Positions 57,840-64,000 of a DNA stretch of 64,000 nucleotides are shown piece after piece. Origin of the DNA: an uncultured Acidobacteriota bacterium (GTDB lineage: Bacteria > Acidobacteriota > Thermoanaerobaculia > Multivoradales > JAHEKO01); assembly GCA_963713825.1 (NCBI GenBank), contig CAVQNG010000025.1, positions 288,001 to 352,000 on the forward strand, written 5' to 3'. The stretch's first letter is position 1. Every line of letters starts with the position of its first letter. The notes under the pieces are model-generated. The model made no database searches, was not told the origin of the DNA, and saw only the letters and a program-made list of their open reading frames with translations. Made by a program: the position numbers and the translations under genes.

Positions 57840-59687
57840 GTGCGTAAGATCCTCGAGACCTTGAATGAGGCGTTCACCTGGCTATGGCGCCTCCTCGATC
57901 AGGCACGCAGACTGGTCGTCAATCTCTTGTTTCTCGTTCTTGTAGTCGTTTTGATGTCGTGGCTGTTGGCTAGTGACAAGCCGGAAGTCCCAGACAGCAC
58001 GGCCCTGGTTGTCGATCCGGTGGGCGCCATCGTGGAGCAGCTTTATGGCACTCCCGATGAAAGAGCGCTCTTGAGGCTGCTGGGTCGGAATCGGCCTGAG
58101 AGTCTGGTGCGGAGCCTGCGCGAGGCCATCCAAGAGGCGGCAGGGGACGATCGGGTCCAAGCCCTGCACCTGGATCTGAATGGGCTCGGTGGAGCAGGTC
58201 TCAGCACGCTCCAGACACTTCGACAGGAGATCGAGGAGTTCAAGGCGACGGGGAAACCGGTGCTCGCGGCAGCCGATGCCTATTCGCAATCTCGCTACTT
58301 TCTGGCGGCTTCGGCAGACGAGATCATGGTTCACCCCATGGGCGTGGTCTGGCTTCCCGGGTTCAGTTCCTACCGCAACTACTACAAGGATGCGCTCGAC
58401 CGGCTCGCAGTGGATTGGAACGTCTTTCGGGTCGGCGAGTACAAATCGGCGGTCGAGCCGTTCCTGCGCAGCGGCATGTCCCCCGAGGCCCGGCAGAATC
58501 GGAAACAGTGGCTCGAGGGACTTTGGGGCGTGTACCGGGCAGAGGTCGCCGCGGCGAGAGGTCTGTCCCCCGAGGCGATCGCCGCCTACTCGGAGAATTA
58601 TCATCGTAAGCTGGAGGCGCATTCGGGGCGGGCCGCTGTGGTCGCCGAGGCAGAAGGCCTGGTGGACCGTGTCATCAATCGCGACGAAGTCGAGGACAGG
58701 TTGATAGAGTTGGTAGGCGAGAACGAGGACACCCGCTCCTACTACCGCATCGACTACTTGACCTATCTCGAGGCCATCGACAGACCGCAGGTGAAGAGCG
58801 ACAACGTGGTGGCCGTCGTGGTGGCAAAGGGAGCGATCTACAACGGCAGTCGGCCTCCGGGTAGCGTGGGCGGCGATTCCACCGCCGAGCTGATCCGACG
58901 AGCGAGGAACAGCGCTGAGGTCAAGGCACTCGTCCTGCGTGTCGATAGTCCCGGTGGCAGCTCATTCGCCTCCGAGATCATTCGGCGGGAGGTCGAATTG
59001 ACGCGTCAGTCCGGCAAGCCAGTCGTCGTATCGATGGCTTCCGTGGCGGCCTCTGGAGGGTACTGGATCGCCATGTCGGCGGATCAGATCTGGGCTCAGC
59101 CGACAACGATTACCGGTTCGATCGGAATCTACGCGATGGCACCGACCTTCCAGCGCACACTCGGCAAGCTTGGCATCCAAAATGATGGGCTCGGCACCGG
59201 TCCCTTCGCCGGCACTCTTCGACCCGATCGAGCCTTACCCGAAGAGGCCGTGGAAGCCTTGCAGCTGGGTATCGAGGCCGGCTACCGAGAGTTCATCGGT
59301 CGGGTCGCAGAAGAGCGCGGCATGACAGTCGACGAAGTCGACCAGGTGGCTCAGGGGCAGGTCTGGACAGGTGCCGAGGCCCGACGCCTCGGTTTGGTAG
59401 ACGAACTGGGTGAGCTGAGTGCAGCGCTGGAAGCGGCCGCCGAGAGCGCAGGAGTTCTTGACGACTATCGGGTGACCTATGTCGAGCAGGAGGTCGGGAC
59501 GACCTCCAAGGTGGTGACGGCCTTGCTCGAAGGGAGTGCGGCTCGTTTGGGTCGTTGGCCTTTTTCACGTCTCCCAATGGCAGATCGTTGGCTCGGACTC
59601 GAATCCATGCTCGACGACATGACTCGATTGAGCGACTTCAACGATCCTGGTGGCCTGTATGCCTACTGCTTCTGCGAAACCGAATGA
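57840..59687 (+). CDS. sppA: Signal peptide peptidase SppA (67-kDa type)
   Basis: 'GEYKSAVEPF', 'RVDSPGGS', 'AASGGYW', 'TITGSIG', 'AQGQVWTG'; RBS GGAGGT. Confidence 0.95.
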   Translation: MRKILETLNEAFTWLWRLLDQARRLVVNLLFLVLVVVLMSWLLASDKPEVPDSTALVVDPVGAIVEQLYGTPDERALLRLLGRNRPESLVRSLREAIQEAAGDDRVQALHLDLNGLGGAGLSTLQTLRQEIEEFKATGKPVLAAADAYSQSRYFLAASADEIMVHPMGVVWLPGFSSYRNYYKDALDRLAVDWNVFRVGEYKSAVEPFLRSGMSPEARQNRKQWLEGLWGVYRAEVAAARGLSPEAIAAYSENYHRKLEAHSGRAAVVAEAEGLVDRVINRDEVEDRLIELVGENEDTRSYYRIDYLTYLEAIDRPQVKSDNVVAVVVAKGAIYNGSRPPGSVGGDSTAELIRRARNSAEVKALVLRVDSPGGSSFASEIIRREVELTRQSGKPVVVSMASVAASGGYWIAMSADQIWAQPTTITGSIGIYAMAPTFQRTLGKLGIQNDGLGTGPFAGTLRPDRALPEEAVEALQLGIEAGYREFIGRVAEERGMTVDEVDQVAQGQVWTGAEARRLGLVDELGELSAALEAAAESAGVLDDYRVTYVEQEVGTTSKVVTALLEGSAARLGRWPFSRLPMADRWLGLESMLDDMTRLSDFNDPGGLYAYCFCETE

Positions 59688-59772
59688 GGGTCGGTAGGCG
59701 GCGGATTTCTTCTATGATTCGGAAGACCGCTACGGCTCCGAGGTGGGGCACGGATGTCCGCTCCTGGAGCGC

Positions 59773-60702
59773 ATGGGCAAGGCCAGGTCTATGTCCGCCA
59801 AGAAAGTCACCAAATCGGCTCCTGTCCAGGCAGCTGTTCTCAAGGCCTTGATCCGGGGTTTCGCCATTCTGCCCCTGAATTGGGCGCAGTCTCTCGGCGC
59901 GATCGTCGGTTGGTTGATCTGGCGGATTCCGAATCGCCTCAGCCGGACGACGGACAGCAATCTCTCTCTCTGTCTGCCTGAGCTCTCGGCCGAGAAGCGT
60001 CGACAGCTGGCGAGGAGCAGCCTCATCGGCACTGGCAAGACCGTATCCGAAGTCGGGGCAGTGTGGTTCTGGAGCACGGACAAGTTGCTCGGCCGTATCG
60101 AGCGAGTCGAAGGTGAGGAACACCTGCTGCACGCGATCGGGTCGAAGAGGGGAACCGTGGTACTCGTTCCTCATCTCGGTAACTGGGAGATCCTGAGTCG
60201 GTATCTACAGGTCAAGGTCCCGGTGCTGGCGCTCTACCGTCCGCCGCGGATCGTCGAGATGGACAGCTTCATCCGCCAGGCCAGGGAGCGTCACGGAGCC
60301 GAGCTCGTGCCGGCCGATCGGACAGGGATGCGCCGTATCGTCGAAGCCCTCGCTGCCGGGGAGGGATTCGGGGTCCTACCCGATCAGGAGCCCTTGAAAA
60401 AGCATGGTGTTTTCGCCCCCTTCTTCGGTACTCCCGCCTTGACCATGACCCTGGTGGCCCGTCTGACGCGAAAATACGGCGCAGTCACTCTGTTTGGATA
60501 TTCCGAACGAACTGCCAGGGGTGGCTTCCGCCTGCGGTTCCTTCCTGGGCCCGAAGGACTGGACAGCGAGGATCTCGAGTTTGCGGCCACGCAGCTGAAT
60601 CGGGGGGTGGAGGAGTGTGTCCGCCGTTGTCCCGAGCAGTACATCTGGAGCTATCGACGCTTTCGCACGCGGCCAGCGAGCGCGGCTCGGCAGGGTCACT
60701 GA
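59773..60702 (+). CDS. LpxL/HtrB-family lipid A or lysophospholipid acyltransferase
   Basis: 'PHLGNWE', 'LYRPP', 'LPDQEP', 'APFFG', 'PEQYIWSYRRFR'. Confidence 0.88.
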   Translation: MGKARSMSAKKVTKSAPVQAAVLKALIRGFAILPLNWAQSLGAIVGWLIWRIPNRLSRTTDSNLSLCLPELSAEKRRQLARSSLIGTGKTVSEVGAVWFWSTDKLLGRIERVEGEEHLLHAIGSKRGTVVLVPHLGNWEILSRYLQVKVPVLALYRPPRIVEMDSFIRQARERHGAELVPADRTGMRRIVEALAAGEGFGVLPDQEPLKKHGVFAPFFGTPALTMTLVARLTRKYGAVTLFGYSERTARGGFRLRFLPGPEGLDSEDLEFAATQLNRGVEECVRRCPEQYIWSYRRFRTRPASAARQGH

Positions 60703-61862
60703 CGCAGAGAGCGGGAATCCACGGTGATGCTGAAGGGCCGCTGCTCGGCGGAGTCTCGGCGCAGCAACAGGGCACGGCGCTTCTCGATGTTCTCGAGCCA
60801 GATGGGAACGAACACCCAGAGGTCGCTGATTCTGCGATCCAGGTCGTTCAGCAGCGAAACCAGTCGGCGACTCAATACGGCGTGGACTGTGATCAGATCT
60901 TGCAGGTTTTGCTCTCTGAGCGACCGATCGTCTCCCGCCTCACGCTTCAGCTGATTGACGGTTCGACGTCCGAGCTCGACGATCTCGATCACCATCTTCG
61001 CCTTGGTGGGAATCTCCACCGCGTAGTCGTCGAGGATCTCCAACTCGTCGAAACGGATGCCCCGGAGCGCCAGGATCTCGTTCAGTCGCGGCGACAGGTC
61101 ATTGATGAGGGAGACCAGGAACTCCATCAGCTCGAGCCAGAAATTTCCGAATGGCAGTGTCAACTCTCGACGGATCGTCTCGGAGACCGAGGTGAGCCGA
61201 GGATAGCGGGAGCCCTCGAGGCCTCGAAGGTACTTCTGCAGCCCCTTGACCGAAGCGAACAGCCATTCCGCCTCTTCGATATCGCGAGGAAAGCGTCGAG
61301 ACAGGAAGTAGTCGGCGTCTCGATCGCTACGGGGGTCGGCCGCGAGCAGCTCACTGAAGGTGTCTTGAAGGAAGGCATGGAGCTTGCCGATCGACACACA
61401 GAGGAACTTCCGTGCCTCGAGCATGCGATCGTTGGGAAGATCTCGTGGAAACTGCTCCAGCTCTGCCAGGACCGTGTCTTCGAGCATTTCGAGAGAGCGG
61501 ACGACGCTCTGCCGAGCTTCTTCGAGATGGGGGACGATCGAGGGATACTCGAGCAGCGAGGCTAGTTGAGTTCGAATCAGCTGAGAGACCCGCCGCACCT
61601 GTCGCCAGATCAGATGCAGCCGTGCCGGCGAGCAATGGAGCAACGCATAGTTGCTCTCGAGAACTTCCTCCAAGAGCTTTATACAGCCCAACAGGGAACG
61701 AATCCGCGGGTTCTGCCAGCGATACTTCTCCAGGTTCCAGTCGGCGAGTGTGACCCCGTTGGGCAAGACGACGCGTTGGTCACCTACCTGGATCATTTGC
61801 TGCGGCTTGGTCATTGTCTGCAGAATCCGATTACGCCCTTGGATGGCCATGACGTCCGACAT
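60696..61862 (-). CDS. Hypothetical all-helical cytoplasmic protein
   Basis: 388-aa ORF with GGAG RBS and coding-like composition, filling the gap between identified genes; no motif recognised. Confidence 0.7.
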   Translation of the reverse strand: MSDVMAIQGRNRILQTMTKPQQMIQVGDQRVVLPNGVTLADWNLEKYRWQNPRIRSLLGCIKLLEEVLESNYALLHCSPARLHLIWRQVRRVSQLIRTQLASLLEYPSIVPHLEEARQSVVRSLEMLEDTVLAELEQFPRDLPNDRMLEARKFLCVSIGKLHAFLQDTFSELLAADPRSDRDADYFLSRRFPRDIEEAEWLFASVKGLQKYLRGLEGSRYPRLTSVSETIRRELTLPFGNFWLELMEFLVSLINDLSPRLNEILALRGIRFDELEILDDYAVEIPTKAKMVIEIVELGRRTVNQLKREAGDDRSLREQNLQDLITVHAVLSRRLVSLLNDLDRRISDLWVFVPIWLENIEKRRALLLRRDSAEQRPFSITVDSRSLRQ

Positions 61863-62022
61863 ACCACTCCGTCCTGGGGATCATCGCCCGTTTTGCCTGG
61901 CATGGCATCGGAATTTGTTACACCCCCTTTTTCGAGGCTGGACTGGTACCATCGCGGCTTGGGCCGTCCAATGGCTCGGAGCCAGGGCAACCTTCCTGCC
62001 CTGTAGTCCGTAGGCTTCTACG

Positions 62023-63972
62023 ATGAAAGTTCGAACCCAGCTGGTTGTTGCTTTTCTTCTGCTGTCCGTCGTGCCCCTGTCGGCCCTGGTGCTGTACAGC
62101 TACGCGACTTCACAGCAGGCCTTTCGGCAGGCCGTGGCCTCGGAATCACAGGTTCTGGCCGAGGAGATTGGTGAACGGCTGACCTCCGTCCGTCAGGATC
62201 TCAGTCGACGTCTCGAGAGTTTGTCCATGCTGCCGGTTCGGGAGCTCGTTTCGTCCGAGGAGGATGAGGCCAATCCCAGTCAGGTCTACACCGAGCTGAT
62301 GGCCCAGATGGGTGACATGTCAGAGCTTGTGGAGTCCTTCGAGTTCACTCCCAGAGGGCGGGCCGAGATCCAGTTGGAAGGGACGGTCGTCGTGGACGAC
62401 GAGGCGGACCTCGAGTCCTTCGTCATCTATCCTTCGACGCTTCTGGCCGGGGCCCTCGAGAAGTTGGAGAAGAGGGGATTGAGCTTGGAGGAGTCGGGTA
62501 TCTCGAAGGAATATCTGGAAGGTCTGACGCAGCAAGCCATTCGCTCCCGCGAGGGGCTGGAGGTCGCGGAGCTGGAAGCGCTGCAGGCAAGGGGCCAGGA
62601 GATGGAGGCACTCCTGGGCACCGAGTTCGCGGCGCCGGTTCTCCGAGGCGACGAGATCGTCGGCCAGCTGAAAGCCCTGGTGCCCCCTTCGCAGATCCTC
62701 AGTCAGGTGCTGTCCCGGACATCGAGAGAGCAAGGGGAGATTCCCTATGCCCGAGATGCGGATGGCAACCTGTATCTGGACCAGCGGGAAGACCGAGAGC
62801 TGCTCACCGAGATCGGGGTCGCCGAAGAGAAGACTGGCCTGGCGCTCAGTTCGCCGTCGCTCTCTCCGGACTGGATCGTGGTCGAGACGCCGGACTCTGA
62901 ATCGGGTCTGATTTTCGGTGTGGCGAGGCCGGTCCAGGAGTCGCTCAGAGGTATCCGCCGCACCGCGGTGCAGAACTTCACCTACGGAATGGGACTCGTG
63001 CTGCTGGCCCTGATCGGGGTCGTTGCGTTGTCGAAGCGCATGACGAGCAAGCTGACTCTGCTGACTGAGGGTGCGGAGCGGCTCGCCGATGGAAATCTCG
63101 AAGCGCGGGTGCCGCTTTCTTCTCGCGACGAGTTCGGGCAGCTGGCCCGCACCTTCAATCGCATGGCGCAAGAGCTTCGACAGCACCAGGACCAGATCCT
63201 GGAGCAGGAGGTCCAGCAGCGTCTGCTCGAAGCGGAGAACGAACGCAAGGGGCGCGAGCTGGAGGAGGCCCGGCAGTTTCAGCTTTCGCTCTTGCCCAAG
63301 ACTCTGCCTCGTCACTCGGAGATCGAAGTTGCGGTGTTCATGCGCACCGCCACGGAGGTGGGCGGCGACTACTACGATTTCTTTACTGCCGAAAACGGTG
63401 CCCTGACGACCGTCATCGGTGATGCAGCCGGCCACGGCGTCAGAGCCGGAACCATGGTGACGGTGGTCAAGGGTCTGCTGACCGCCAGCGCTGCCGAAGC
63501 TGATCTGGCGAAATTGTTGGGTGGCGCCGCGGCGGCCATCAAGCAGATGAATCTCGGCCGCATGAACATGGCCGCCACCCTGGTGCGAATTGACCACCGC
63601 AGCATCAGTATCTCCGCCGCTGGAATGCCCCCCGCGCTCGTCCATCGTCGAGCCACGGGCTGTGTGGAGGAAGTCGATCTGACAGGCCTTCCACTCGGCA
63701 GCATGGCCGAGGCCAGCTATGACCAATGGAAGTCCCACTTGGAGCCGGGCGACACGGTGCTGCTGATGACCGATGGCTTCCCCGAGCTGATGAACTCGGA
63801 ACAGGAGCCATTGGGGTACGAGAGGGCCTGTACCCTCTTCCGGGAGGTGGCGGATGGTACTCCGGAAGAGATCACGCGCCACCTCGCCGAGGCGGCCCAG
63901 GAATGGACAAGGGGACAGCCGCCGATCGACGACCTGACCTTCGTAGTGCTCAAGATGAAGGAAAGCGCGTAG
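62023..63972 (+). CDS. Membrane sensor with HAMP domain and SpoIIE/RsbU-type PP2C phosphatase
   Basis: Two TM segments; HAMP 'DEFGQLARTFNRM'; PP2C 'EVGGDYYD', 'IGDAAGHG', 'MTDGF', 'DDLT'. Confidence 0.92.
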   Translation: MKVRTQLVVAFLLLSVVPLSALVLYSYATSQQAFRQAVASESQVLAEEIGERLTSVRQDLSRRLESLSMLPVRELVSSEEDEANPSQVYTELMAQMGDMSELVESFEFTPRGRAEIQLEGTVVVDDEADLESFVIYPSTLLAGALEKLEKRGLSLEESGISKEYLEGLTQQAIRSREGLEVAELEALQARGQEMEALLGTEFAAPVLRGDEIVGQLKALVPPSQILSQVLSRTSREQGEIPYARDADGNLYLDQREDRELLTEIGVAEEKTGLALSSPSLSPDWIVVETPDSESGLIFGVARPVQESLRGIRRTAVQNFTYGMGLVLLALIGVVALSKRMTSKLTLLTEGAERLADGNLEARVPLSSRDEFGQLARTFNRMAQELRQHQDQILEQEVQQRLLEAENERKGRELEEARQFQLSLLPKTLPRHSEIEVAVFMRTATEVGGDYYDFFTAENGALTTVIGDAAGHGVRAGTMVTVVKGLLTASAAEADLAKLLGGAAAAIKQMNLGRMNMAATLVRIDHRSISISAAGMPPALVHRRATGCVEEVDLTGLPLGSMAEASYDQWKSHLEPGDTVLLMTDGFPELMNSEQEPLGYERACTLFREVADGTPEEITRHLAEAAQEWTRGQPPIDDLTFVVLKMKESA

Positions 63973-64000
63973 GAGCCGAGTCGCTCCTACGCGCTTGACC

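Noticed and set aside
60615-61565. 316-aa plus-strand ORF as an alternative to the minus-strand hypothetical
   Set aside because: Starts inside the acyltransferase gene with no RBS; the minus-strand ORF has an RBS and more protein-like composition.
61895-61920. Sigma54-like TGGCA element (also near 34125-34140)
   Set aside because: The -12 GC and spacing do not fit TGGCAC-N5-TTGC.
62320-63882. 520-aa minus-strand ORF
   Set aside because: Antisense shadow of the HAMP-PP2C gene.

Overview
A gene-dense, high-GC bacterial window. Gene content suggests Acidobacteriota (Thermoanaerobaculia-like), but this is inference only. I found about 44 credible CDSs and no rRNA, tRNA, CRISPR array or transposase. 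Layout: (1) 1-4.8 kb: 3' part of an alpha-2-macroglobulin that keeps its thioester motif, plus a LysM/LAS peptidase. (2) 4.9-33.4 kb: a large cell-surface glycan locus. It holds GT2/GT4 enzymes, a Wzx flippase, an acetylase/deacetylase pair, a flavoenzyme with eukaryote-type UDP-galactopyranose mutase motifs, five GT-C-fold membrane proteins (three are clear paralogs), two lipoprotein sulfatase-like enzymes with Thr in place of the FGly Cys/Ser, and a polyprenol-P-sugar synthase plus methyltransferase. An M13 peptidase is inserted in it. (3) 33.6-37.6 kb: tetraheme cytochrome c3, M28 peptidase, and an acetyl-CoA hydrolase-GNAT fusion. (4) 37.9-45.1 kb: a BKACE-GNAT-methyltransferase operon divergent from a CapK/PaaK-like adenylating enzyme, flanked by two unrelated secreted proteins that share a short D-x-F-E-[ST]-G-x3-[SA]-W-S peptide. 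(5) 45.3-64 kb: ahcY with a SahR-like regulator (clear sigma70 promoter and palindromic operator), folA-thyA, an LCAT-like hydrolase-MATE-KAS run, sdhA-C-D-B, sppA, an LpxL-like acyltransferase, a hypothetical protein and a HAMP-PP2C phosphatase. The best candidates for undescribed systems are the GT-C/Thr-'sulfatase' periplasmic glycan-decoration array, the BKACE/CapK acylation module and the portable terminal peptide motif. All family assignments come from motif reading, not database searches.
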